Notes: generated by a model not told the origin, from the letters alone. Numbered from the stretch's first letter, positions 13,425-22,852 are shown. The stretch is DNA of 64,000 bases from IMGVR_UViG_3300035156_000206:227968-291967, one strand, 5' to 3'. Numbers and translations: made by a program.

Positions 13425-13853
13425 TTAGTGAATGCGCTTGTATCCACGTTTCAGGCGAGCAAGTGCCAGATCCTTGTGTTCTTGTTTTGTTACAGATCCC
13501 CACTTCCGGCCTAGGTGATTATCCCACAACCCACTTCCATACGGCGTGAAGTATTTGTCCCAGGCTTCTTTACCAAACAGATACTCTGCAGCGTCCTCTT
13601 GATACATCTCTTCGCCATTGGCAAGCTTGAGATATACTTGGCCTTGGCTCAGAAACAATCCTTGAGCAGTGAAGTATGGGTGCATGGACAGCCAACCAAA
13701 CGTACAACCAATAGTACCACATGTTGGTTTGGTTGTACGATTGTTTGAACAGATTTTGTCCAGGTCAAAGTTCTTAGGTGGGATACCACCGACAATCGAA
13801 AAAGCTACCGCAAGGTTTTCCTTGCGGACGGCCATAGGCAACATCTTGGTCAT
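13425..13853 (-). CDS. hypothetical protein, paralogue 3 of tandem triplet
   Basis: ENLAVAFSIVGGIP...CGTIGCTFGWLSMHPYF. Confidence 0.85.
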   Translation of the reverse strand: MTKMLPMAVRKENLAVAFSIVGGIPPKNFDLDKICSNNRTTKPTCGTIGCTFGWLSMHPYFTAQGLFLSQGQVYLKLANGEEMYQEDAAEYLFGKEAWDKYFTPYGSGLWDNHLGRKWGSVTKQEHKDLALARLKRGYKRIH

Positions 13854-14362
13854 TTTGGAACTTCCAGTTTGGAGTTGAACTTCGAGTAGTAACCACGCTT
13901 AAGACGAGCTAGGGCAAGTGCTTTATGTTCCTGTTGGGTCCCACTGCCATAATCTTTGGGCTGGTTTAGTTCTTTGAGTAGAAACTTATCAGCTGCACCA
14001 TCCCCGTATGCATCGAAGAATCGATTGAAGGCACGCCGTCCAAACAAGCGTTGTGCAATTAATTCAACGTCGGTGCCGTAACCGTACCCATAACCATGTG
14101 GGTTATCAGCAGTATCAATCACACTGCCGTTGCGCAGCCCCAGTCCTTGGGCAGTAAAGTACGGGTGAATAGCTAGCCATCCCAAGGTACACCCAATGGT
14201 ACCACAGCGGTGCTTACTGGCAACCTCAATATCTTCTGGTTTTTGGACCTTGTAACTATTACAGAAAGTGTCCAGATTGAACTGTTCTGGCGGAATACCA
14301 CCAATGATGGAATAGGCTACGGCGATGTTTTCGCGTTGTTGTTCCGGTGTAATACGTTTCAT
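13850..14362 (-). CDS. hypothetical protein, paralogue 2 of tandem triplet
   Basis: ENIAVAYSIIGGIP...CGTIGCTLGWLAIHPYF. Confidence 0.85.
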   Translation of the reverse strand: MKRITPEQQRENIAVAYSIIGGIPPEQFNLDTFCNSYKVQKPEDIEVASKHRCGTIGCTLGWLAIHPYFTAQGLGLRNGSVIDTADNPHGYGYGYGTDVELIAQRLFGRRAFNRFFDAYGDGAADKFLLKELNQPKDYGSGTQQEHKALALARLKRGYYSKFNSKLEVPK

Positions 14363-14898
14363 TTTGGGACTTCCAGTTTGGAGTTGAACTTCGAGTAGTA
14401 GCCACGCTTCAGCCGTGCAAGAGCTAGCGTCTTTTGTTGTTCTTTGGTGGCATCATGATCACAGTACTCATGATCATATGGAAGACCCAACTCCTTGCAC
14501 AATGCAGAATCAGCCGAACCACCACCATACGGCTCAAAGAAACGCTTGAATGCGCGGCGCCCGAACAGTGCATCAGCAATGTAAACTACATTGACCTTCT
14601 GGTAATAATACTTGTCCTGGTCACCATCACGAATTACTTCGCCTTGGTGCAAGCGGATACCTTGGGACACAAAGTGTGGGTGAGTAGCGAGCCAGCCTAA
14701 CGTACAACCAGTTGAGCCACAAGACTTTACAATGTCTTCTGCTGTTGTGGCACTTGATGTGCTACAAAAACTGTCTAGGTCGAAGTGCTTCGCTGGGATA
14801 CCACCAATGATGGAATAGGCTACGGCAATGTTTTCGCGTTTTTGTGCTGCGGAGAGTCGTTTCATAATTTGAGTCCAATTTGTTGAAGACAGATGCAA
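14359..14898 (-). CDS. hypothetical protein, paralogue 1 of tandem triplet
   Basis: ENIAVAYSIIGGIP...CGSTGCTLGWLATHPHF; start may be later (MKRLS). Confidence 0.85.
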   Translation of the reverse strand: MHLSSTNWTQIMKRLSAAQKRENIAVAYSIIGGIPAKHFDLDSFCSTSSATTAEDIVKSCGSTGCTLGWLATHPHFVSQGIRLHQGEVIRDGDQDKYYYQKVNVVYIADALFGRRAFKRFFEPYGGGSADSALCKELGLPYDHEYCDHDATKEQQKTLALARLKRGYYSKFNSKLEVPK

Positions 14899-15092
14899 AC
14901 TGTAGATGAAACAAAACTACAAGTCAACAACTTTTTGTTCAAGTTGCGACTGAAGCTCACGGATTGTGTACAACAGCTGGTCAACTATGATCTCGTGGTC
15001 TGTATGGTACACAAGATGTCCATGAGCAGCAGGGAGAACACATTCAACTACATCTGGGTTGGTATCGTACCGGGTGATATCTGGTGCTTCGA

Positions 15093-15311
15093 TCATGTGT
15101 GTAGGAACTTTTTGTAAAAGGCTTCGAAATGGCGTTCACAAGCAATCAGCACCATCTCTTCTTCGGATGGGCGACCTTTTAGTGACTTACGGCGACGGCG
15201 GATCTCTTCGAAATCCTGCTGCATCTTGGAATAGAACTCCTTATCAAAGAAGTCCTTGTTGGGCATGGGAGGCTTATAAGGCTTCTCGTGCTCTTCTTTA
15301 CTTGGCTTCAT
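15093..15311 (-). CDS. hypothetical protein
   Basis: ORF in a tightly packed operon. Confidence 0.55.
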   Translation of the reverse strand: MKPSKEEHEKPYKPPMPNKDFFDKEFYSKMQQDFEEIRRRRKSLKGRPSEEEMVLIACERHFEAFYKKFLHT

Positions 15312-15540
15312 TTCGTGCCTTCATCCATTCAGAACATTGCAAATGGCCTCCACGTGAATCCAACCGTGGGATGATGCCACCGAACATCCCGCCGCTGATA
15401 TACTGCAAGCCAGTCCGCTGATCGGTGTAGACGGTCAGCCCACTACGACGTCTCCCAGTCTTTGGGTCACTATCGTCCCGTGGGGCAAGGCGGCCATTGA
15501 TCACCATTACGACAATGACAACCACAATCAAATAAAACAT
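15298..15540 (-). CDS. small membrane-anchored protein
   Basis: N-terminal TM helix; VYTDQRTGLQYI...GGIIPRLD motif. Confidence 0.7.
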   Translation of the reverse strand: MFYLIVVVIVVMVINGRLAPRDDSDPKTGRRRSGLTVYTDQRTGLQYISGGMFGGIIPRLDSRGGHLQCSEWMKARNEAK

Positions 15541-15548
15541 GCTGTTCC

Positions 15549-15812
15549 TTAAATTGAACCATCGATCATTGTGAATTTGGTATACTTCATTGATGCTTCA
15601 GAAAAGGTATCGTACGACACACTTTCAAACTCAACATCAATGATGTTCATATTACGCAGCTTGCTCCAACGAGACAACCGCTTTTGTGATGAGGCTACAG
15701 TCCTCGCTTGCACGAACAGGTGATTCTTACCCACACCATTTGAATACACAAACCATTGCATTGCACTATTCCTTTGTTTCGGGCATTTCGTGAGTTGACC
15801 AGGCTTTGCCAT
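15549..15812 (-). CDS. hypothetical protein
   Basis: ORF track, operon packing. Confidence 0.55.
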   Translation of the reverse strand: MAKPGQLTKCPKQRNSAMQWFVYSNGVGKNHLFVQARTVASSQKRLSRWSKLRNMNIIDVEFESVSYDTFSEASMKYTKFTMIDGSI

Positions 15813-15926
15813 CCCATTTCCAAAGCTTACCCCAGATTACCATTTCCATCGGAAATACAACTGGTGGTAGGGTTGGCGCTTTTGGTAAATTGCCCATCAT
15901 TATGTTGAACATGCTCAGACCGGACA

Positions 15927-16118
15927 TCATGATTGTTCCTTTGGAACATAGATCACACCACTCTTGCCCTTGTCCTGGATTTGTGCAACGCCCTCAACTT
16001 CGTAGTTGTCTTCGTTGACGCGCTTATATGTGAAGCCCCCGTATTCGGAGGTATCTTCAATGATGTTCTGTTTGATCTTCTCGATGATGTCGAGTAGGGC
16101 GAATTTGTCGATTAGCAT
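15927..16118 (-). CDS. hypothetical protein
   Basis: ORF track, operon packing. Confidence 0.55.
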   Translation of the reverse strand: MLIDKFALLDIIEKIKQNIIEDTSEYGGFTYKRVNEDNYEVEGVAQIQDKGKSGVIYVPKEQS

Positions 16119-16330
16119 GAGGCAGCCTGTATGAGTTGTACGTTGCGGATCACATCTTGGGCACGCATCTCTTTTAGAACAGCACCAACACGGACACGAG
16201 TGGGAAGCGACAGCGTCTGCTCCTTCCAGGTATTACCTGATTTGGTCTCGTATGTGATGACGTGTTTATCGATAGTTTGCTTGGACATTTGTGGCTCCGT
16301 GATTGAATTTGTGCAATAATCATAGAACAA
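16112..16330 (-). CDS. hypothetical protein
   Basis: ORF track; start probably the later MSKQ. Confidence 0.55.
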   Translation of the reverse strand: MFYDYCTNSITEPQMSKQTIDKHVITYETKSGNTWKEQTLSLPTRVRVGAVLKEMRAQDVIRNVQLIQAASC

Positions 16331-16423
16331 AACACAGAATGAGACAACAAATTTTGCTGTGGATTCAGCTGAATGCCAAAATCGTTAGATAGCTTGTAAG
16401 CAGGGGAAATGTAAAATGTTCGG

Positions 16424-16912
16424 CTATTCGATTGAAGCCTGAAGGTAGTTGATGGCTGATTGGAGCCGCAGAATATCGTCCTTAGCCAATCCAATCATCT
16501 TATTGCACTTACCACATAATAGCCCACGCACATTACCTGTACTATGGCAATGATCTAAGTTGGCGGCTGTAGATTGGTTTCCTGTCCCAATGAACAGTTG
16601 AAAACATATTGCACATTTGTGATCTTGTTTTGCCAACAAAGTGGCATGTTGCTCTAATGTGATCCCATAGTTTCGGAGCAAGTGATTACGACGGGTAGAG
16701 AGTTTGACTTGGTCTGTCTGAAGGTATTCTTGATAGTTCTTGCTGGCTCTGTACTTAGCCCTGGCTGCGGTCTTGGCCTCAGAAGGAATGTAGGTGCATT
16801 CAATACACCTGCCAGAGACGTGGCGCTCACCTATGTGACCACGCTTGCATGGTGTGGTTGACATGTATTTGGTTAAGCCTGCAGCAATGGCTTGTTGTCT
16901 TGGTGAATTCAT
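16424..16912 (-). CDS. endonuclease VII-like HNH homing endonuclease
   Basis: CAIC...NLDHCHSTGNVRGLLCGKCNKMIG; N-terminal PCKRGH...CIEC zinc motif. Confidence 0.88.
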   Translation of the reverse strand: MNSPRQQAIAAGLTKYMSTTPCKRGHIGERHVSGRCIECTYIPSEAKTAARAKYRASKNYQEYLQTDQVKLSTRRNHLLRNYGITLEQHATLLAKQDHKCAICFQLFIGTGNQSTAANLDHCHSTGNVRGLLCGKCNKMIGLAKDDILRLQSAINYLQASIE

Positions 16913-17051
16913 TATTGCTTTCCGGTTCTGGAATAGGTGAAGGCCCGACACTAACCTGGCCGGGCCTTCTATTTGATTTGATGACAAGTCAATGTGTTTA
17001 CCAATTTCACCAACCCCGCATCAGAAGTACTCTGCTGATGCAACGCACTTT

Positions 17052-17260
17052 TGGTGCGGGGTGAAGGACTCGAACCTCCAAGGAGTTAACTATATGTCAT
17101 TGGTTCCAGATTATGTATCACGTCGACTGCTGAGCTTTGCTAATAAAATGGCACTCTACCTCTGAGCTACCAGCCACCAAAAGAGACTATTGCGAATCTG
17201 TTTTGGTTGGCCGGGATGGATTCGAACCACCGACTTCCGATTTGGGACTCAACACCGCGC
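17052..17260 (-). ncRNA. composite tRNA-like RNA containing a circularly permuted (YrlA-like) tRNA domain
   Basis: Inner order: T arm GGTGG-TTCGAAT-CCATC, then CCGGCCA, a hairpin-closed linker, TGGCTGG, then D arm TAGCTCAGAGGTAGAGT. Outer stem GCGCGGT/ACCCCGC (6 of 7 pairs) with a second T arm and ACCA. Confidence 0.7.
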
Positions 17261-17424
17261 TTTATTGTACAATCCAATAAACCGATAAAGCTGTATAGGC
17301 AAGAAACTAAGGCTGACTAGATACTAAATGTACCTGTTAAGCTAAGACTAATGATAAAGCTACCTATTCTTTAATACCTTGCGTGCGGTGGGAATCACTA
17401 ACTATGACCCCACCCACATATTTC

Positions 17425-18225
17425 TTAGAAGCCTTCTGGGTGCAAGAACGAGATCAGCTTTTGCCCGATCTTGGTCTGGCGCACTGGCGTCGCGTTTGCA
17501 CGCATACGCGCTTGCTTCGTGGCCTGGATCAGATCGTCCAGACGACCCAGCAAGGCCGATTTTTCGGTGGTGGTCATTGCCGACGACCAGGTTTCTTTGG
17601 TGAAGGTGCCGACGTTGACGGTCTCTTCCCACTTTTCGATCTGTGCCGGATGCTTGTCCGTTGGAGCGACCAGCACTTTGTGCTTGATTTCTTTCGCGGT
17701 CTTGGCGCGAACTTCGGCATTTGCCTGGCGGAAGACGTGCTTGCCGCGGGCCGAATCAGGAACCCAGTTGATGCCTGGCGCCAGCGTAGGAATGACTTCG
17801 TACACGGTGCGCAGCGCTTTCAGCTTGGTTTCCATGCCCAGCAGGAAGCCGACTGGCAGCTTTTCTGCCAACACGGTGCCGTCAGTCAGGACCAGGTCAG
17901 CGACGGCGTCTTGATTCGTTGCTTCTTTTTGCAGCACGACGTCGTAGTAACGGGTGACGCCGTCGAGTACGTACTGCAGCTTTTCGTGGACGGTGGTAAC
18001 CATTTCCAGGTGCTGCTCTTCAGCCTTTTCCGTTGCTGCGGTTGCCGCTTCGTTACTGGCGTCGCCGGAGAACATTTTCAGGGTACGATGCGAACCGGTG
18101 AAGTGGGTTGCTTTGTCCGAGAAGGTCTTGATTGCTTCAGGGATGATCTTGTTTGCAACGCCTTGAACATCGACTTCAACTGCCAGAATCTCATGCAGCA
18201 TTGGTGCTTTTTTGTTATCGCTCAT
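17425..18225 (-). CDS. conserved uncharacterised helical protein
   Basis: LHEILAVE...LPVGFLLGMETKL...TDKHPAQIEKW; recalled as similar to a conserved actinobacterial/large-phage family (unverified); strong codon bias. Confidence 0.8.
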   Translation of the reverse strand: MSDNKKAPMLHEILAVEVDVQGVANKIIPEAIKTFSDKATHFTGSHRTLKMFSGDASNEAATAATEKAEEQHLEMVTTVHEKLQYVLDGVTRYYDVVLQKEATNQDAVADLVLTDGTVLAEKLPVGFLLGMETKLKALRTVYEVIPTLAPGINWVPDSARGKHVFRQANAEVRAKTAKEIKHKVLVAPTDKHPAQIEKWEETVNVGTFTKETWSSAMTTTEKSALLGRLDDLIQATKQARMRANATPVRQTKIGQKLISFLHPEGF

Positions 18226-18301
18226 ATACCCTCAAAATGGTTACGTGTTAATCTGATATTTGTTGTTCAGAGGATTTCTCTCTCAAAACATCATGAAGTG
18301 C

Positions 18302-18330
18302 ACTTTAAACTGTTTACTTCATTTTGACAA
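18302..18330 (-). promoter_or_regulatory. sigma70-type promoter TTGTCA-N17-TAAAGT
   Basis: Direct reading; would drive ORF 17425-18225 and the downstream RNA. Confidence 0.65.
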
Positions 18331-18357
18331 CGATTATTTCAACTGATTTTTCAACAA

Positions 18358-18470
18358 CTCTTGGGAGTGGATATGCTTCTTCGGACCGCACTCCCAAAAC
18401 TACTTACTACCGCCCTTCCTCCTACAAACCATCCGCATGCACATCTCTGTAGGCAGTCTCTAACGTGACA
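18358..18470 (-). ncRNA. putative small RNA with its own promoter
   Basis: Promoter at 18477-18506; hairpins TCTCT/AGAGA, CCTACAGA/TTTGTAGG and TTGGGAGTG/CACTCCCAA; no ORF. Confidence 0.4.
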
Positions 18471-18515
18471 GAGATCAGTATATAGAAATCTCCGTTTGGT
18501 TGACAACGATTATTT

Positions 18516-19553
18516 TTATGGACGAAAGTGGCGTGGTGGCATCTCTGCCAGCTGTTTGATGCGGTTCTTTTTGCTGGACGTAAATCCGAAGTCGCCTTCC
18601 GATTCTGATGATGAGGGGCTCTCAGTCATCATAGCACGCAGCTTCTGTGCCGCCCAATCGACATCACGCCGGAACACACGGGTCAGAATGATGAACTCGC
18701 GCAGGTGGGCAATCGAGAACCCTTCTGACAGGTTTACGTACTTTTCCACTTCCTCTGCTGTCAGCCCTGGCTCTTTGGCTTTCAGGTAAATTGCCCGCGC
18801 CGCTGATGTTGGCATACCAACCTTGATCACCGAATCGAAACGGGATGGACGGTCGATGAACCGACGATCCATTCGTTCAGGGTAGTTTGTGGTAGCAACA
18901 AAGATGATGTTGTCCACTTGGTTCTCCCCGTCCAGAATGGAAAGGTAGTTTGCTTCACCGTATGTTTGTACCAGTGCATCCATATCTTCCAACAGCGCCA
19001 CGATTTGGCGATGTGGTTCGATTTTTCGGATCAGCTTCAGGCACTCAGCGGCATAATGTGGATGACCAACCACAAATGCGATACCTTGCATTTTGTTGAT
19101 AACGATATCTACCAGCTGGGCAAGGGTAGACGTCTTTCCTGAACCAGGAGGACCCCACAGAAAAATACCACGCTTGTAGATCATCTTGCGGGCAATGAAT
19201 TCAGGCTTGAGGTCAGCAAACTCCTCAATCTCACGCAGTACCGATTCGGACGCGCTATCAGGGAGATGAATGAGGCCATCAGTGGCATTCTCTACCTTGG
19301 TCAGGTAGAATCCAGCAGCATCTGAGTGGCCCCCTGTATACATGCCACATTCGAGAGCTGGAGTAGAATCTTGCACACCCCAGTAAGTCTTACCACTTCG
19401 TGCCCAACGAGATGGGTTATTGGAGCTGGAAATATCAGACGAGTTGGTAGAGACAGGTGTCTCTGATACCGCCACACAGTCTCCGCTAGACGTTGGTTTG
19501 AGATCGGTACCAACTGTGGACATCAACTCACTGATTTCATCTACATTACTCAT
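18516..19553 (-). CDS. AAA+ ATPase
   Basis: Walker A GPPGSGKT, Walker B LLEDMD, SRH TTNYPERMD...RPSRFD. Confidence 0.92.
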   Translation of the reverse strand: MSNVDEISELMSTVGTDLKPTSSGDCVAVSETPVSTNSSDISSSNNPSRWARSGKTYWGVQDSTPALECGMYTGGHSDAAGFYLTKVENATDGLIHLPDSASESVLREIEEFADLKPEFIARKMIYKRGIFLWGPPGSGKTSTLAQLVDIVINKMQGIAFVVGHPHYAAECLKLIRKIEPHRQIVALLEDMDALVQTYGEANYLSILDGENQVDNIIFVATTNYPERMDRRFIDRPSRFDSVIKVGMPTSAARAIYLKAKEPGLTAEEVEKYVNLSEGFSIAHLREFIILTRVFRRDVDWAAQKLRAMMTESPSSSESEGDFGFTSSKKNRIKQLAEMPPRHFRP

Positions 19554-19622
19554 TATTGCTCCAGGGTGTGTTGTGGAAAACTAAGGTGAACTATATCTTT
19601 TTTCGTTGCTGGTGGACAACGA

Positions 19623-20153
19623 TTATTTCTTCGGATGTTTGGCTAATATGTCCTTCATGATGAAGTGGCTCATGATACGAGTCTCTATCATCTGCCTGTT
19701 AGGGTTATCAATCTTAGCCAATTTTGGATCCCCATCGTACGCCTCCCACCAAGCCTGCATCTCCTTCATCAGAGCAAGACCTTCAGATCGTTTGAAGTAC
19801 CCTGCTTGGTCCGTTAAATGCCAACTTGGTCTGTAGCCATCAATGGTTGGGTGACCACGAACGATTCCCTCAAAGGAACACCAATGAAATGTACCATCGG
19901 TATCTTCTGTGTATTCGTGAAGCATTGTCCGGACTTCTGTAGCATTCTCAGGTGTGTCTGGCTTATACATAGCATGGTAATCGTCAGCAGATGCATTCAT
20001 GTATTGCCCCGGCGCCCGATATGTTGCTAAACGGACGTCTACAAGTTGCCAACACCTGGTGCCTTCGTAAAGTTCCATTAGAGCTACTCTATCACTTTCC
20101 CATGGCTTCATATCTGGATTGACTAGGATTAGGGCAATCTGTCCCCGGCGCAT
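19623..20153 (-). CDS. hypothetical protein
   Basis: ORF track; start uncertain. Confidence 0.7.
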   Translation of the reverse strand: MRRGQIALILVNPDMKPWESDRVALMELYEGTRCWQLVDVRLATYRAPGQYMNASADDYHAMYKPDTPENATEVRTMLHEYTEDTDGTFHWCSFEGIVRGHPTIDGYRPSWHLTDQAGYFKRSEGLALMKEMQAWWEAYDGDPKLAKIDNPNRQMIETRIMSHFIMKDILAKHPKK

Positions 20154-20210
20154 TATGATTCTGGTTTTCATTATTGTGCTCACAAAAAAGGCGCACAAGG
20201 CGCCTTTTGG

Positions 20211-20642
20211 TTACAGAGATGCCATCAGGCGTTCGACCTCAATCCGACGACGCTCATCTGGTGATAGTACCGTGTTGAGACGGTCTTCAAGTTCATCCAG
20301 TGCCTTCTTTTCTTCACGGATGGTAATACCAGCAAGGCGCTTCTTGCTGTCTTCTACCCACGAGTTGAATGTGTAGCCTTGATAGCTCTTCGGTGGATCC
20401 AGCTCCAACAGCATTGCAGCCTCTTCACGAGCCTTGCGCTGGATCATCAGATCAGCCACCACATCAAGTACTTGGCTAGCAGTGCTAGTGCCAAGGCTCA
20501 CAGGGGTGGTAGATCCCAGCAGACGGTAGCTGCAATTTGTAGTCCAGCTTTTTGCCAGCTGGGATTCCAATTCGGCTACTTTTGCCTTGCGTGCATTCAG
20601 TTTGTCGAATAGGGTACGAATTTGGTCGTCAAGTGTTGACAT
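20211..20642 (-). CDS. coiled-coil hypothetical protein
   Basis: AGGAG RBS. Confidence 0.8.
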   Translation of the reverse strand: MSTLDDQIRTLFDKLNARKAKVAELESQLAKSWTTNCSYRLLGSTTPVSLGTSTASQVLDVVADLMIQRKAREEAAMLLELDPPKSYQGYTFNSWVEDSKKRLAGITIREEKKALDELEDRLNTVLSPDERRRIEVERLMASL

Positions 20643-20656
20643 ATTATTTCTCCTTG

Positions 20657-22003
20657 TTAGTAAATTTGTGTTTTGCTTACATGGCTATTCTGCAGAATTG
20701 CATACAGATCACCGAAGTTGTGTGCCCGCGCTACGGCAATTAACCTTTCCAGGCCATGGAGAATATCCTCGGTTAGTGGAGCAGCGCCATGGTGCATTGG
20801 TACCCAGCCCACCAGAGCTTCTGTGAAGTCATTATGCACACCATTGATTCGCTCAGCAACACCAGGGGTGCGCTCATTGAAGTCTTCCAATACCAATTTG
20901 GGCTGATTGCGACCGTAGTAGCCAGTTGCACCGGGATTGCTGAACCGCACCCGACGTTCAGCAGGATCATACACTGCCACACGAGAATACGTGACCGAAT
21001 ATTTTGGTGGTTGTGGGCCCGGGGCGTAGTGCGACGATGGGTGTAGATCAATCTCCACACAGATCTCGATGAAGCGCGTCTCGTCGAATTGGATCCAATG
21101 GTTGCCCTTGACTGAGTGGTCAATCCCGTTGCTGCAGGCATAATATCCCAGGTTTTGAGTGTATGAATCATGATCCTTGTAGTGCTTGAGGAAATCATCA
21201 TTGCGCACATCAGGGAAATTATTGGGCACCAGTTTGACACCGATCATTGGTTGTGACGAGTACAGCTTGTAGAAGGTGTCCATGAGCTCAGCGTACTGAG
21301 GATGGCACTCTTCGCTCACCACTTGAGCCAGGTACTGGGTTGGCGACTTGAATTCCACTGCACCAGTTTCGGGGTTGATGAAGACGTGTTGCGGCTTCTT
21401 ATCTACCTGGGTGCTTGTTAGACTACTACCCCAATTTTCAGCACGTTCGCTCACCATGTCGTACGTAGGAAAGCGACCCAAATACACCACTTGTTTGCGG
21501 TCAGTTTTGATCTCGTAGGTGTACCCAATGCCCAGTTCTTTAGCACCAACCTTCATTCCTTGCTTGTCAGTGTGTGTTACGGATTCTTGGTATTCCACGG
21601 AGTTCGTAGGCAACAATACCAAGTCGGCGCCATGCCAAGCATATACGCACGGCTCGACGATATCACGCTTTGACACATCTGAGTGCATCAGGATGCCAAT
21701 AAGGTTGTCGACCTCAATTTCCATCTCGAAGTTGCGTGGATCCCAGACGCGAATCTTGGACCGACCACTACCCCAATGGCCATCGCGTTGGATACCCTTG
21801 TTGAATGTGAAGTTTGGTTGTGGCGTGTTGTCGAAAGTCTCGACCTCGATATTCTTATCGCGCCAGTTTTCCCAGGACGTTTGCTTACGCAGTTTGCCCT
21901 TGTGATCCGTGTAGATGACGTACGCCAGCTTTCCTGTGAATGTATCGGGGCGTGATACGTACCCTACGGTAATTGTTTTTGGTATATAGAGATCTGTTTT
22001 CAT
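20657..22003 (-). CDS. large-phage hypothetical protein
   Basis: YIPKTITVGY...GKLAYVIY...SWENWRD; directly behind a promoter. Confidence 0.8.
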   Translation of the reverse strand: MKTDLYIPKTITVGYVSRPDTFTGKLAYVIYTDHKGKLRKQTSWENWRDKNIEVETFDNTPQPNFTFNKGIQRDGHWGSGRSKIRVWDPRNFEMEIEVDNLIGILMHSDVSKRDIVEPCVYAWHGADLVLLPTNSVEYQESVTHTDKQGMKVGAKELGIGYTYEIKTDRKQVVYLGRFPTYDMVSERAENWGSSLTSTQVDKKPQHVFINPETGAVEFKSPTQYLAQVVSEECHPQYAELMDTFYKLYSSQPMIGVKLVPNNFPDVRNDDFLKHYKDHDSYTQNLGYYACSNGIDHSVKGNHWIQFDETRFIEICVEIDLHPSSHYAPGPQPPKYSVTYSRVAVYDPAERRVRFSNPGATGYYGRNQPKLVLEDFNERTPGVAERINGVHNDFTEALVGWVPMHHGAAPLTEDILHGLERLIAVARAHNFGDLYAILQNSHVSKTQIY

Positions 22004-22107
22004 TCGGCCAATATGATGGGGAGTTAGTAAAAACCAAACACCATCATAATGGATCAAGTCTAGATAGTCAACAACTATTTTGCAAAAGAAAAGGAGCCGA
22101 AGCTCCC

Positions 22108-22320
22108 TTATTTGACGGGCTTTCGATCAATCTCGGTGATTTGAGAGTGATGTGCCCATAATATTTCACGCCATCCACCAGGCTCCTGAAATTCTACGCC
22201 TGCTTGGTCAATTTTGACAAATGTGCCGTCGATGAATTCTGGGCTGATCCTGCCCTCTACCCGAATCCTGACGGCACAATTTGGTGTCAGTTTGACTTTA
22301 AGTGCCTTCGGGAACATCAC
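22108..22320 (-). CDS. hypothetical protein
   Basis: ORF track. Confidence 0.55.
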   Translation of the reverse strand: MMFPKALKVKLTPNCAVRIRVEGRISPEFIDGTFVKIDQAGVEFQEPGGWREILWAHHSQITEIDRKPVK

Positions 22321-22654
22321 GTGGCTTTGGCTCTGGGAACTGTTCTCGGCGATCGTACCATTCTTTGGTAAATTTCTTACTCTTTGACCGCATGGTATCG
22401 CTGTCGTAGAAGTACTTCAGCCTGCGGTCCCAGATAACGCGGTCTGGGATTGGCAGAGAACCCTTGACGTTCTTGAGGTGTTCCTGCAATGCATCGTACA
22501 GCATCTTGTCGAGGCCGCGCAACATTAAGGCCAGCATTTGTACGGTGTCGCCCACATTCATGTTGCGATCCCGCATCATCTGCATCAATTCGCCACTGAT
22601 TTCGGCCATCTCATCTGGCGTTTTGTTTGGCGGCCTGGTATGTTCATTATCCAT
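22298..22654 (-). CDS. hypothetical protein
   Basis: AGGAG RBS. Confidence 0.7.
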   Translation of the reverse strand: MDNEHTRPPNKTPDEMAEISGELMQMMRDRNMNVGDTVQMLALMLRGLDKMLYDALQEHLKNVKGSLPIPDRVIWDRRLKYFYDSDTMRSKSKKFTKEWYDRREQFPEPKPRDVPEGT

Positions 22655-22666
22655 GGCTATCTCCTG

Positions 22667-22852
22667 TTAGGTTTGTCGCAACTTAGTTTGAACCCACTTC
22701 CAGTAATTAGGCTCCATGGTCTCACACTCTACAATGGAGGTGACCCAGGCTTGTCTTGTGAAAACTGGGTGAGTATCGATATACTTGTCTTCCAGTTGAT
22801 CAATGGTCAACGTTTTGTCTTCTTTTGTGATCTGGGCATAATCCGCTGACAT
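22667..22852 (-). CDS. hypothetical protein
   Basis: ORF track. Confidence 0.65.
   Translation of the reverse strand: MSADYAQITKEDKTLTIDQLEDKYIDTHPVFTRQAWVTSIVECETMEPNYWKWVQTKLRQT

Noticed and set aside
17153-17231. Two-piece (permuted) tmRNA
   Set aside because: The acceptor stem has G3-C70 rather than the alanine determinant G3-U70, a full D arm is present, and there is no room for a tag reading frame.
17383-18327. 314-aa + strand ORF (also 4300-4944, 5936-6694, 7861-8598, 46142-46942, 46557-47207, 59219-60418)
   Set aside because: Antisense shadows of strongly codon-biased minus-strand genes; no RBS or recognisable motifs.
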